A stretch of 64,000 nucleotides of DNA. It comes from the human T2T-CHM13v2.0 reference genome, Homo sapiens. A program made the position numbers and the translations under genes. The stretch lies in the NCBI RefSeq assembly GCF_009914755.1, contig NC_060944.1, one strand, 5' to 3'. Under the pieces are notes generated by a model. That model was not told the origin of the DNA and did no database searches. It saw nothing but the letters and a program-made list of their open reading frames with translations. Below are positions 43,451 to 57,816 of the stretch, piece after piece; position 1 is the first letter of the stretch; every line of letters begins with the position of its first letter.

Positions 43451-45689
43451 ATATTGAGCAGACATACTGAGACACACTGAAAGTAAGAGAGCAGGAGGAA
43501 ACAAAACCAGGGTCATACAAAGAACACAACTGATTTTGAGATTCTCACATAAGTATTACACCTTCAGTGAGCACGTGTACTAGAAATTTAAAAAATAAAT
43601 AAAATAAACCTTCAAAGTGAGCTAGCAAATAAATTTCCCTATGGTCTCAGCTCTGAGTGGAGAGAGAAAATGTTCCCTGTGGAGTTTATAGCCAAAATCC
43701 AGCTCTCAAACAGGTTTCAGCCTGAACTCACACAATCTGTGTGGCTTCCAAATTTGCAAGCTGAGAATTTAATTCAAAGTGGTCTCAGGTTGATAGCAGT
43801 CCAAAATGCTAGGTAGGAAAAAAAATCCTCTCTGGACAAATAAATCATCAAAGCAAGCTCATAAGAGCAGGTTTCAAAGGTCATGAGCTTCTAACACACA
43901 CACAAAAATCACACACACAAAATGGGGGTAGCAGCAACATGGGTAGCGTATTCAAACTTGAAAAGACTTTAAATATTTGTATTATTAGATGTAGATTATG
44001 AAACACATATTTTAATGTGGTTAATTTTTTTAAGGAATCAAAACTATGAGTAAAGACCAAGAAAATTGTGCTGGATGGCCACTTCCACCATGGCTCCCCT
44101 CCTATTTAAGTCTGGGTACTGTGTCACCCGAAGTCTTCAGGCACATTGTTCCAGGTCTGGGTTTGCCTATGAAAGAAACTCATGAGAGCTGGAAATGAGG
44201 AGTGAAGAGGAGGTCTTCAAATAAAGCAGGCTTAAGGATTAGACATAGCAGGTTTGACAGATGTGATGGCTTGCAGAATCCTTTATGAGCTCCCACTGTC
44301 CATCTGGATAAGATTTACAGACCTTTCAGAAATTCCTATAAGCTTGGGTTCTGTGCCCACACTCTAGACTGTCAGGCTAAGATCTCTGATATAAAACAGA
44401 CCTCTTCTGATTTTGTCTAGCTGCTTTTCTAATATCTATTCACCAAGCTCTTCCAATAATAGCATAAGGCCCTAATTAATATTAAACTTTTATCATTATA
44501 ATACATAGGATGTCTTCTGTTTTCCTGATCAAATTCTGACTACTATTAAAATATAAAGAATTGTCCAGAAATATATAAAAAAAGAATCACACATTGGTCT
44601 TCTTTAAATGAAAATATAACAATTGTATGGACTAGGATGATTACAGTTGTTCAGTTCTGACTGTTATTTGAAGAAAAAAGCAATAAGAAGCCTCAGCAAC
44701 TTAACAGAAGGAGCTGCCATTTACTAGGAGAAAAGATTGTGGATGAGAGTGTAGCAAAGGTCAGAATTCTGTGAAGCTTGAGATGTTTATTATAATGAAT
44801 TATCTTTTATACTCACTACAATTTCCTAACAATTTTGGGGTTTATATTTTTGAAAGAGATATACCTTTAATTTTCTTTCTTTGTACTATTGTTAGGTAAC
44901 TTTGATGTGCAGATTATACTACAGTGAAAGTTGCCAATGACAAGGCAAAGTCACTTACATCAGACCCAAAGCAAAGTGGAGCCGGGTCATGAAAAAGGGG
45001 ATCTTGTGTGTCTGTCCACGATAAGCACTATCACAAGGACTTTCTATAAACTCACCAGAAATTTCTGCCCACCCAGCACACTCTGTTTGTCCAGCTCATC
45101 CTGTAGGTGTCTCTATAATAGGACCTATCATAAAAAATTCCTCAAGACTGCAGCATTTCAGATAAGCCACCCTCACAAGAACACTTGCCTAGCAATGGCT
45201 GTTTCTGCCAGTAAGTTAACACCAGCTCCTGCATCAGACCCTGTGACCAATGATGTTTGTTTCAAAACAGCTTGCATGGACTTCTTTTTGTCTTTACATA
45301 TTTTCCTTACCTCAACCTCTTGGGATGCACCTATGATTGATCATAGCACAAATATCTCAGATTATAATCCTTGTTTATTTCCAAATAAATTTATTTCTTT
45401 GGAGATCCACTTTTTCTGTTATTATACATTGACACTGTTATTATGAAATTGGTTGGGTGATGTGTCTTATTTTCTTGTCTCCAGAAGAATTTCTGTAACA
45501 GTGCAATTAAACGTTCTTTGCATGTTTGCTAGAACTCACCTGTAAAATTGTCTGAGCAACCAAAGCCTGGTTTTTGTGTTTAGTTTTTCTTTTGTGATTG
45601 GGGAGGGGGGTTTATCGTACTGATTCAAGGTGTGAAGGTAACATCATTTTGATTTTATACATCTTCTTCAGTCCATTTAAGCATGTTAC

Positions 45690-46385
45690 ATAGCGTTGTT
45701 TGTTCTTTTCATGATATTCTTTACAGTAGTCTCCTAAATGTTCCCTCTGCTTCTGCCATGAGCCCCTACAATCTATTTCAACTCAGAAGCTATAGAGTTT
45801 GTTTAAAACATGTAACATATTATGCCACCTTTCTTACTGTAAAACATCCCATGGTTTCTCGTAGTATTTATAGTAAAAGTGAAATTTTTATGATGGCTTG
45901 AGAAACTTTTCCCATTAGATGCCCAAGTGCTGGTCTGGTCTGATCTTCTCATCTTCCCTTGGGTGATTCTGTGGCAGTCACACTAGCCTCCTTGCTGCTC
46001 CACAAAAACTCCAGCATGATCCTACTTCAGGATATTTGCCATTGTTACTGCATCTGCCTGGAACCTTTTCTCCCATATAAACATAGAGATTGCTCTTGCC
46101 TGTCCTTCAAGTCTATTCTTAAATGTCCCATTCTCTGTGAAGCTTTCCTGCCCACCCTATTTAAATTACAGACTTCACTCCCAATTCCCCATCTACTTTA
46201 AGAGTCTTCATTTATCATTCCTTGACAAACTGTAAATATACATGTTCACGTTTTTATCGTCTGTCTCCAAATACTGGAATGTTAAGTTCTGTAATGTCAG
46301 ATATTTCTGTTTGGTTCACTGGTGTATTCTTAAAGCATGTTACATACTAGGTATACTCAATGAATATTTGTTGAATAAATATCAC
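45690..46385 (+). mobile_element. L2 3' fragment
   Basis: CACACTAGCCTCCTTGCTG, GTGAAGCTTTCCTG, ...ACTCAATGAATATTTGTTGAATAAAT. Confidence 0.7.
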
Positions 46386-46389
46386 ATTG

Positions 46390-48480
46390 GGCTTATTCCA
46401 GAAATTCAAGCTTGTTTCAATAGTTAGAGCAATCTACAAATGTAATTCCTTACATTAACTAATTAAAGGAGCTAAATCACATCACCACCACAATAATGCA
46501 GAAAACCACATTTGATACAACTCAATATTCATGTCTGCCTAACAAACATCTCATGATACTAGGAAAAGAGGAAGGGATATATTATTTTCATGTATAAAGC
46601 ACTAACCATTGTAGCATGCCAATATACTCAAAATTCAATGAAATTCCTATCAAAATCTTAGCATTCCTCTTAGTCCTCAACAAAGCATTTCTAAAATGTG
46701 TATAGAAGACCAAAGGGCCAAAAGAGTCAACTTCTGAAGAAGCGCAAAAAGAAAGTTGAGGAAATCTTAAAACATGTTATTGAGCTTAAAGTTGCAAAAA
46801 TAAACTCATGTACCATAATTCATGAGTAGAAAAATAGACTAGTGGAATAACATAAAAATAAAAACAATGCTTACATAAAATGTTGTAACTGATTTGGATG
46901 TCATTAGAAATCAGTAAGTAAATAGATGGACAATGTAATGAAAGATGCTAGGCAAATAATGTGGTAGGGAGAATAATGGCCCTCAAAGATGCCCATGCCT
47001 AACCCTGGAACCTGTGAATATGTTACACTGAATGCAATAAAGGCTTATCAGATGTGATTAAGGATGCAAACCGAGATGGAGAGATCTTCCTGGGTTACCC
47101 AGATGGGCCCAGTCTAATCACATGAGTTCTTAAAAATGGAGAACCTTTCTTAGCTGAGTCCAGAGAGAGATGTGACAATGAAAGAATGGTCAGAGAAATG
47201 TGACATTGCCAGCTTTAAAAAGAGAGAGGAGAGGCAATGAGAAAAGGAATGCTGATGTTCTCTAGAAGATAGAAAAGGCCAGGATATGGATTCTACCCTA
47301 GCCACCATAAAGAAACATGCCTGTCGACAACTTGATTTTAGTTCACTAAAATTCATGCCTGATTTCTGACTTGTGTACACTGTAAGATGACAAGTTTGTG
47401 TTATTTTAGGTCACTTAGTTTGTAGAAATTTGTTACAGCAGTAATAGAACAAGTGGTTATCCATATGAGGCAAATTAGATTGGATACCTATCTCCAATAG
47501 AAATCAATTCAAGGTGAATTCCAGGAAAATACTTAAAACATTTAGATTAAAAATAAATGAGAATTTTTGTTACTTTTGGTAGGTCATAGAACCAAGAAAA
47601 ACAAACATTAAGGAGGAAAAATGAACATATGACTACATCAAAATATAAAGCTTCTCTATTTGGAAGATATCATAAGGTGACAAATCATAAACTGTAATAT
47701 TTACAACATATATATAAGTGAATAAATATACATTTAGAATATATATGAACTCCCAAAAATCAACAGGAAAAATAAGACATAGAACAAGCAAAATGCATAA
47801 ACAAAAGAAGGCAAAACAAAAATAATGACTCATAATTATATGAAAAGAAGCTCATCTTCATAGATGAGCAGATAAATGCAAATTAAAACCACCCTGAGAT
47901 GCTTTTTACATCCATGAGCCTGATAAAAGTTAGAGTCTAAAAGTAATAATTAACAAAGATGGGAAGTAACAGAAAATCTTGTCCGTTACTGGTTAAAGTA
48001 TAAACTGATACAGCTACTTTATAGAATATTACATTATAGAATAAAGTTGTGAGTATGTATATGCAGTGACTCAGCATATTCATTGCTAGTATGTACTCAA
48101 GAGAAACTTACAGGAGTGGACTAGGAAGTAAATACAAAATGATTACAACATTGTTTGTTATATCAAAAAATAAAAAAGACACCCAATTTTCCAGCAAAAA
48201 AAATAAGTAAAAATAAATCCTGGTGTATTCTAACAATGGAATAATATATAGCCATTAAAATAAATCAACTATTACTGTACATATGAATGTAAGTATCAGC
48301 AAAACATATTGTTTAGTGAAAAACTAAGAAGCTGAAGAAGAATATATACAATATGGTTACATTTATATGAAGTCCAAAAACTTGCAAAATAAAGAAATGT
48401 ATTTAGAAATAGATTCACATGTGAGAAAACTAGAAGAAAATTAATGAAAGGATAAGAGGGATAGCAGTAATTCTGAGTAG
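46390..48480 (+). mobile_element. Old L1M fragments (ORF2 to 3' end) with nested MLT1
   Basis: AAATGCAAATTAAAACCACCCTGAGAT, CAATGGAATAATATATAGCCATTAAAA motifs; A-rich. Confidence 0.7.
46960..47447 (+). mobile_element. MLT1D-type LTR
   Basis: TGTGGTAGGGAGAATAATGGCCCTCAAAGATG...CCTGGAACCTGTGAATATGTTAC...TTTGTTACAGCAGTAATAGAA. Confidence 0.85.
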
Positions 48481-48916
48481 TTGAGGGAATTTCAATTGGA
48501 AAAAAATAATATCATATTCTTTAAGTCAGGTAGTGGGTATTAGCATTTGTTTTACCATCGTTCTTTATTCTTATAGCTACACTATATATTTTCAATGTAT
48601 TTAATGTATTTTTTGCATAATTAAATATTATGCAATAAAAATGAGAAAACAAAAAAGTAGAAAATGATAAATTACAATAAAGAAATGGAGAAAAAATTAT
48701 AATCTAGTTGAGTAATGGTATATTACATAGCTATTTTCTTAAGTAGATGTATGTACATGATGTATGCACGATTGTACATACATGTTCTTAATTATATATA
48801 AATATATATGTACATATTTTTAATATAAAATACTAAACAAAGTACACCAAAATATTAGCTCCTATGTTAGTGAGATAATGTTTTGTTTTTTTGTATTTTA
48901 AGTTTTACATAGTAGG

Positions 48917-49297
48917 TGTATTTTTCTGTTTTCATACTGCTATAAAGAACTGCCCAAGACTGGGTAACTTATAAAGGAAAGAAGTTTAATTGGCTCACAG
49001 TTCAGCACAGCTTGGGAGGCCTCAGGAAATCTACAATCATGGCGGAAGACAAAGAGGAAGCAAGCCAGCTTCTTCGCAAGGCAGCATGAAGAAGTGCCGA
49101 GCAAAGGGGAAAGAATCCCTTATAAAACCATCAAATCTCGTGAGAACTCACTATCACAAGAACAGCACAGGGGAAACTGCCCCCATGATTCAATTACCTC
49201 CACCTGGTCTCTCCCTTGACCTGTGGGGATTATGGGGGCTATGGGGATTACAATTCAAGACGAGATTCAGGTGGGGATACAAAGCCTAACCATATCA
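48917..49297 (-). mobile_element. THE1/MSTA-type MaLR LTR
   Basis: CTGCTATAAAGAACTGCCCAAGACTGGG...AACCATATCA; perfect 5-bp TSD GTAGG. Confidence 0.9.
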
Positions 49298-50320
49298 GTA
49301 GGCATGTATTGAATTTTAAACTCAGAGAAAAATACTAGTGTTTTTATAGGATTCTTACTAAAGAAAAACCAGAAAGTAATAAACCATCTACGCTAAGACA
49401 TAAAATTCAGTTGTTTAGTTACAAGATAGAATGTGGCCTTGTAAGAAAGCAAATTAACTTCTAACATACAAAGCCTTAGAGAAGATTCAAGTGACTGACG
49501 GATCTTAAACAGAGCTATTATTACAACTTGAACTGCAGTAAAATATCCTCAGCAACATAGATGTGTGTGTTTCACTAGTCAGAGCAATACAAATTTAATG
49601 AAACTCCATTGGTGGTGTTTTTAATCAGACAATTTCTGAAGATGTCCTGGCTTATTCACAGATGCAAGCCAAATCTCTAGAAGAGTACCATAATAAGAAA
49701 AAAAAGAATACAGGCAATTGAGAGCTGTTCCAAAGTTTAGGGAGTTTTTGTAAGGAATTAATTAATAAAAATGTTCTTGAAAGAGAGAAATTAATATGCA
49801 GTTCATACTGCCAGAATTGCAGGCAATTTATCAAAGTCCCCTAATCCTCCAAAATCGCTATTTTTTTTTTGACACACACTTTACAGTACAGAAGAAAATG
49901 TCTCCGGCAATAAATCACAAAGTTAAAATTACCTAGTCTACAATTAACTACACAGTGATGGTAAATCATTTTCTACCAAAAGAAAGAAATGTCTTGTCTA
50001 TTCAGGTTCTGCTCTACTTAAAAGTTTTCCTTGTTGGCGAGCAAGTGGTTAGAAAATCATATTTTATACGTACATTCAGCTTAACTATCATTCAGCTCAG
50101 GAAGATGACTCAGGGCCTTATCCATACCTTCAAGTTTGCTCTTAGCAAGTAATTGTTTCAGTATCTATATCAAAAATGGCTTAAGCCTGCAACATGTTTC
50201 TGAATGATTAACAAGGTGATAGTCAGTTCTTCATTGAATCCTGGATGCTTTATTTTTCTTAATAAGAGGAATTCATATGGATCAGCTAGAAAAAAATTAA
50301 GAGGAAAATCACATGGAAAG

Positions 50321-50455
50321 TTATATATCTATTATATATAATATTATATATCTATTATATATTATATATTGTATATCTATTACATATATATTATATATGT
50401 ATTATATATATTATATATTAATCTATTATATATATAATATTATATATTATATATC
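50321..50455. repeat. AT-rich (TA)n-derived low-complexity tract
   Basis: Direct. Confidence 0.92.
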
Positions 50456-50587
50456 ATTTCCAAATTCCCCAGCGTTCATATTTGTCAGTGCAAGTAAAGA
50501 GCCTTACTGCTGATGAGGTTTGAGGTATGACCATTTGGCCAGAATTTATGAACTCTACATGTCGCTTGATGTGTGCCTCAGGGTATA

Positions 50588-50883
50588 CTTTTTTTTTTTT
50601 TTGAGACGGAGTCTTGCTCTGTCGCCCAGGCTGGAGTGCAGCGGTGCGATCTCAGCTCACCGCAAGCTCCGTCTCCCGGGTTCACGCCATTCTCCTGCCT
50701 GAGCCTCCTGAGTAGCTGGGACTACAGGCGCCCGCCACTATGCCCTGCTAATTTTTTGTATTTTTAGTACAGACGGGGTTTCACCGTGTTAGCCAGGATG
50801 GTCTCCATCTCCTGACCTCGTGATCCACCCGCCTCGGCCTCCCAAAGTGCTGGAATTACAGGTGTGAGCCACCACGCCCGGCC
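50588..50883 (-). mobile_element. AluY
   Basis: CCCGGGTTCACGCCATTCTC and CCGTGTTAGCCAGGATGGTC diagnostics; TSD AGGGTA[T/C]ACTTTT. Confidence 0.93.
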
Positions 50884-52689
50884 AGGGTACACTTTTAAGC
50901 AGAGACACTACTTTGAAGGTCATAAAAAATATAATAAGAGATAAGGCTAATTTCCTTTAATAATAATAAAATCCTTTAATAAAAATATAAAGGAATAATA
51001 TAATAATTTTCTTTAATAAAATATAATAAGAGATAAGGCTAATTTCCTTTAATAAAATATAGTAACTACATACCAACAGAATTCCAAAAAAAGAAATGGA
51101 GAGGAAGGGAGCATGGGTCATTAATCTTGTCAAAAATATAAAATTATATACGAGGAATTCCTAGAAACTGTTTTCCTTGTCTGCGGCCATTGTGCTGCTG
51201 CTACACAACTACCGCAAGCAGCCCTTCACGCCCTCCTCCCAGTACAAAGCTATTTGACTTGTGAGAAATGTTAAGCTTGGAAGAGTCAGCATCGCTGCAC
51301 TTATTTTTTATTCTACTCTGACATTAGAATAATCCTTGAGTGGGGGAAAGGTTAAAAACCCCCCTGGATAAGTGTTACTAATTAATGATGATTGTTTTAA
51401 ACAATGTTTGGATAATTTTTCCTTGTCCCTTGACATAAACTTGATAAATAACTGAGAAGTGAGAAGGAGATTAGTGGGTTGATTAAATTCCATTCAGGTA
51501 CTTAAAGTTAGCTCCAAAAATTTAGCTATTTGTAAATTGTCATGCATTGTTAATGTATAAGAGATGTAGATTTCATTTATCTTTGGTGGAGCGAGATGAA
51601 GCAGTGAATCATTGAAGACTGAAAGAAAGAAAAAGGTCTTTTCCCTTTTCTTTAAGAAGCATCATTAGTTAAAAACATGTTAGTTGATACCAGAGAACTA
51701 CATTTAAAGGGACAGCAATAAGCAAATTGATTACTCTGGTGATTATTGGAGTGACATTGCCTTTTAGTTGTACTTTCACAAAAATTCACAATATTTGCCA
51801 AAGTCAAGTTATCCATTACACTATTAATTTGTCATTCTTTTGTTTATATAGTCAATATCTCTATCTCAATTGGATCTATCTCAACTGCTTCTAAACAAGC
51901 CACCATAGTCTCTCCCATTTCAACAATCTCTTCCAAGTACCACTTCATTTCTTCTTTTCATATTTTTGAAAACTTTTGAAAAACTACCTATTTTCCTCCT
52001 CCATTTCTTGTTCATTCCATTCTAGTGGACATGGAATCTGTTCCTCCTCCAAAACGGAATTTGGTAACCCTTAAATTACTAAACCCAAAACAATATGTTG
52101 TCTTTATCTTTACCTCTCTGTGGCATTTAATGATAAGACCACTACTTTCTTCTCTTTTACCCTTCTTTCTTGAATTCAAACAACGTACTTACATTTTTCG
52201 TCTTATTCTCCATCTTAGAAACCACCTCAGCTTTCTCCATTCAGCTATAAAATTGTGCTTTTCCTCAAAGATTAATCTGCCTCTCCTCTCACTCTATACT
52301 ATCTCTGTTAGCTAATTTTATTTGTGCACATTGCTTATACTGGGCATTATATACACATATGCATGTGTGTACATGTGCACACACACACTGTATGTGGACA
52401 TGTATATATATATATGTGTGTGTGTGTGTATATATATAGTATATATATAAATTACAATAACATAAAGGTGGCATTTTAAATTAGTGGAAATTACCCTGAT
52501 TTGATCACTACACATTCTATACATGTAAAGAAAATATCACTCTGTATCCCAAGAATATGTACAATTATGGTTTGTCAAATGAAAAAGTTCATACATTGAA
52601 AAATTTTAGATAAATATCAAACTTTCTCTGAAACTGTAACTGTAAAATGTAAAAAACAGTAATTGCTATATTGCTTATTTCTGAGTAGA

Positions 52690-52789
52690 AGAATATGAGA
52701 CATTTCCCTAATCATTATGTGTAATTACAATTACATATATATATGTAATTGTAATTACACATAATGATTAGGGAAATGTCTCATATTCT
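52690..52789. repeat. Perfect 100-bp palindrome (no spacer)
   Basis: Checked along both arms; centre of symmetry between 52739 and 52740 inside (AT)5. Confidence 0.97.
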
Positions 52790-53885
52790 ATATATATAGA
52801 CAGAAAGAGAGAAAATATATGAGGGAGAGAAGGAATCTTTCCATCTCCTTTGAGTTCCACGGTGTTGAGAGTCAGGACAACTGCAATTGCTTCATCATGC
52901 CTGCTTGCAATTATAGGGCTTTTGAACCATTTGTTCCCTCCTTAGATATCCTCATTTTTTTCAGATTCTTGCTTAGAAGTCACTCCTCCGTGGACCTCCT
53001 CTGACATATTAAACATTGCAGTCCATTATAAGCTGCAAGAGGACAGGGATTTTTGCCTGTTTTATTCCCTACTGTATCACCAGGGGCTACAGCAATATCT
53101 GACAAACAGTGGGCATGTAATGAATATTTGTTAAGTGAAGTAATAAATTCAATCAAATCACATCACCTGTTTAAAGCACTTCATTGGCTTCACATTGCAC
53201 TTAGAATAAAGAGAAATTCTTTTTATACAATATACAATATATTTTATACAATATAAGTTCCTGCAGAATGCAGACACTTTCTACTTCTCCAGCCTCTTTT
53301 CGACTCCTCTCCTACTAGCTTCTGTATTTAAGCCACATTAGACCTTTCTTCAGTTTTTTATATAGACTTTGTCGCATCACACCTCAGAGATTCTGTACAT
53401 GTTCTTCCTCCTGCCTAGAAAGGATCGTCCCTCCACTTTCGCCAACTAATCCCTGCTCAACTTTTCATCTCAGCAGGAGGCCCATTCTCTTTGGCAATCC
53501 TCTGGCCTCCAGCCCATTTATTATATGCTCACATGTCAACATGTACTTCGTACAGCATGTAACACAATTGCACTTTTATATTTTAACAAATTATATTTCC
53601 CATATTGAACTGTAAGTCTCCTGAAAGCAGGAATTTTGTTCTTGCTCATCATCAACTTTTTCAACATCCAGTGCACCATTTAGAACTTAGATGTAGTCAA
53701 TACAGGTTTGTGGAATGAAAGAGGAAAAGAAAGAATTAATATTCCTTTAAATTAGGATGGCAAAGATCGTATATGGAAAATTGGCTAAGTTGTGGTCCAT
53801 TCATGTTTGCTCCCAATTAAGGAGCACAGCTATGAAAAGGAAGGCTTCAAATTAATAACCAATAGATTTTTTTAAAAAGAAAACT

Positions 53886-54180
53886 GGCCAGGTACTGTGG
53901 CTTATGTCTGTAATATCAGCATGTTGGGAGGCCAAGGCAGGATTACTTGAGCCCAGAAATTCCAGACCAGCCTGAGAATTTGGCAAAACTCTGTCTCTAC
54001 AAAAAATACAAAAATTAGCCAAGTTTGGCGGCATGTGCCTGTAGTACCAGCTACTTGGGAGGCTGAGGTGGAAGAATAGCTTGAGTCTGGGAGGTCAAGG
54101 CTGCAATGAGCTGTGATTGCACCACTGCACTCAAGCCTGGGTGGTAGAGTAAGACCCTGTCTCAAAAAAAAAAAGAAAAA
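53886..54180 (+). mobile_element. AluJ-like
   Basis: GGAGGTCAAGGCTGCAATGAGC J-type right arm. Confidence 0.92.
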
Positions 54181-55374
54181 TCACTAAGCAAAATAAGACA
54201 TGTGAAGGATCATGTCAAAGGTAAGAAAAATTAGGGGAACATTAAAAGCTTTCTTCCCAAGCCACTAAATCAACTTGACTAACAAAATTACCACTTGATT
54301 TAGTATTAGAAAATTACATTACATATCAAACATAAACCCATTAATCAAATACTAAAGAAATTTCTGAGTTAAATGGTATAATGTTAGCTTATGCCAGAGC
54401 TGACCTTGAAAGATTGTTCAAATATGGCTCAGTGTGATTGAAAGTTCTGTGTGAATATGTTTTTGGAAAGATCCAACAGCAACACCTTAGTGTATGTTTT
54501 TGAAATAAAATGTATCTGAGTAGCAGCAAAGTTATTCTCAAATTTCCATTTTATAGCTGGAGATGTTATACCGTGACGTATATGATAGGACCCAATATGG
54601 ATCAATCCCTTTTAGAAGTCAATCAGGAAGAGGGGAGCAGTTAAAACAGTTGCTTGGTTTACAAACATTAGAACAATTTTCTTATTCACACCATCTGATT
54701 ATTGTATTTTATTTTTTCCCCAACGTTTAGACTACACAATGAGTTAAGAATGATAAAAATAAGCTCACCAATATACTATGTACATATTTACCAAAATCTG
54801 TGCAGGCTTATACATATAAATACAGCTGATAATTTATTAGTTAGGCTCATTTGTAATTTTTGTCACTATAGACCAGTTTTTTATTTAAATTGAAGATTAG
54901 TATACATTTTAAATGATTAGTCAAAATAAAAAATCTAAAATGTGCTCTAAATACCTCTTAGGTCAGAAAAAAAAAGTCAAAAGCTAGAGTATAGAGAAAT
55001 TAAGAAACGCCCTAAATTTCTAATCTGACAAAAATTCATACAAGATTTAAATATTTTAATGGAAAATAGAACAGAACTAATTATTGAAGAAATTATAGAA
55101 AGGAAACAAAATAAACAGATTATATGGAGGATTTTTAGAAGATAAGTAAATAAATTAATATACTAGGAAAAAACAAGGGAAATATACTTGATAAATAAAT
55201 ACAGGTAAGAGTTCTTTTGAAATAATGATAAAATAGAAAATCTCTGTCAAAACTAAAAGGAAAGATGCATAAATATATAAATAAATGATAAAAAATGTTG
55301 CATACATATATGACTTTTTCAGAATCAAAAAATTTAAATTTCTGTAATAAAATTTAAATGTTTATAAATTTAAA

Positions 55375-55550
55375 AAACTAGAAGAAAGAATGTTGACTGT
55401 TCACAATACAAATAAATGACAAATATTTGAGGTGATGGATATGCTAATTATCCTTATTTGATCATTGGGCATTGTATACATGTATCAAAATATCACTCTG
55501 TATCCCATGAATATGTACAATTATTTGTCTCAAAAACAAACAAAAAAAAG
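55375..55550 (+). mobile_element. L1MA-type 3' terminus (a similar remnant lies at ~52480-52585)
   Basis: TGAGGTGATGGATATGCTAATTATCC...CACTCTGTATCCCATGAATATGTACAATTAT + A tail. Confidence 0.8.
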
Positions 55551-55703
55551 ATAACTTTTACACTTTGATCTTTAATTCTGTTATTGTGATTGAGTCCAAA
55601 GAAAAACAGTATGAGTAAAATAAAAAGAACACCAAAAATGCTAATATTCTGTTTACCGAAGTCTGTAGTGAAATATCCCATTAAATCCAAGTGCAGTGAC
55701 ACA

Positions 55704-55993
55704 CCCATAATCCCAAGCACTTTGGGAGGCTGAGGCGGGTGAATCTCCTGAAGTCAGGAGTTCAAGGCCAGCCTGGCCAACATGGTGAAACCCCAACTCT
55801 ACTACAAATACAAAAATTAGGCAGGCGTGGTGGCAGAGGCCTGTAATCCCAGCTACTTAGGAGGCTGAGGCAGGGAGAATTGCTTGAACCCAGGAGGTGA
55901 GCTTGCCATGAGCTGAGATCATACCACTGCACTCCAGCGTGGGTGACAGAACAAAACTTCAACCTCCAAAAAAAAAAAAAAAAACAAAAAAAA
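55704..55993 (+). mobile_element. AluS
   Basis: Dimer with A tail. Confidence 0.93.
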
Positions 55994-56738
55994 CAGCTAG
56001 CAGGTGACATTTGCTATAGGGAGACTAGGGATATGATCTTGCTGCAATCTTTCCATTTTAGTAAATCTAAACAAGTGTGAATCCATTCTGTTTCGTCCCC
56101 ACTCCACTCCAGAGCCAAAACAAGAAAATCAATTATATTTCTAGTTCTTTAAAAACATATCTAACTAAATCATCTAATTAAAAGATAATATGCATGGTTC
56201 CATACTCTAAAAGAAAACTTATGTCCTGCATATCATGGACATTTGATGAAAGCTTATTCAGTTGACTGGTGTAGACTTCAATAATAACCTGTTCAATGCC
56301 TTATGCCAGATGAATCTTGCATCTCAAAAGTAGAACAAATATTGTTCTTTCAGTTTTGTCTACCCATAAATGCAATATTTACTAATAAAAAGAAAATGAG
56401 TTTATTGTTCTAGAGAGTATGAGAATTTTGACAACATGAATTCTCCTGTCCTAGGACATAATTAATACTTAGAGGCATACTATTTCATGTGGAAGCTACC
56501 ATTAAATCAATGTTAAGTGTTAATTACCTCACATAATCTTCTAATCTGACTTGACTGAAGACGTACCTGACAAAGTTGATTTATCAAGTTGTAAATCTTC
56601 ACCTGTTGAATTCATAAGTTCATGTCTGAAAGGTGAGAATAAATACTTAATATTCATTAGGCAATATTCAGCAAAGTAATATCCACTAGTACATATTTAA
56701 TATTTCATCATGAACTGCGGGTGTGAAGAGAAAAGACA

Positions 56739-57036
56739 GGCTGGGCACAGTGGCTCACACCTGTAATCCCAGCAGTTTGGGAGGCCGAGGCAGGCAGATC
56801 ATGAGGTCAGGAGTTCGAGACCAGCCTGGCCAACATGGTAAAACCCCGTCTGTACTAAAAGTACAATAATTAGCTGGGCATGGTGGCAGGCACCTGTAAT
56901 CCCAGCTACTCAGGAGGCTGAGGCAGGAGAATTGCCTGAACCCAGGAGGTGGAGGTTGCAGAAACCATTATCACGCCACTGCATTCCAGCCTGGGCAAGA
57001 GAGCAAGATTCTGTCTCCATCAATCAATCAATAAAA
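56739..57036 (+). mobile_element. AluS
   Basis: Dimer with (ATCA)n tail. Confidence 0.94.
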
Positions 57037-57816
57037 ATATAAGGAGGAAGCATTTACTGTGTATTTATATGTCTGGTATTATGTGAAGCACTTTACTATC
57101 TTATCAAATCTTCGGGACAGATCTTCAGTTCTCATGACCACAAAAGAGGATACTAAAGCTCAGACAGGAGAAGAGACGTGGCCAGCCTGTGTCCCCAGGG
57201 CCTATGGTCTTACCACTAGGTTACAGTGTTTCCAGATATCACATGTTGTGAGATTTTTGCTTTAAAATGAACCAAAAAAAAACCAAAGGTGAAAAAGGCA
57301 TAAGCTATTAAAAAGTGGGAGAAACACTAAGAGAACCTTAAGCATGTAACTAAAAATATTATGGAAATGTTATTGAATTCATTAGCAAATTTAGTGCTAG
57401 GTTTTCATTGAGGAGTAGGTTATATTACTCATGATGAAGAAAAATGTTCATTTTAAGTATATTAACATAAATACCATCAATATTGTTTATCATGTTTAAA
57501 TGTTCACTTAAAGCAATTCAGTTAAAATTCTGCATATCATACAATTTTATAGTTTGCTAGTAGGTTACAAGTAAATAGTCACCCAAATAAAAACATCATG
57601 TTTTCCACTGGTTGTTGCTCTTTTTTAGGTGAGTATTTGATGTATACCAACAGAGAGAGGATAAGAACAAATCGCTAATTTCTTTCATCACTATATGAAG
57701 GTGGCTTCAGGATAGAATAGTATCAGGGCAATGATGAATTTGAAATCTAACATCAATTCAGTGATGCATCAAGATAAAAGTAGAGACAACAGGGGCACCT
57801 TGGTGAGTACTGAACA

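Noticed and set aside
44931-45446. 171-aa ORF in non-repeat sequence
   Set aside because: TTG start, no homology recognised, and length compatible with chance.
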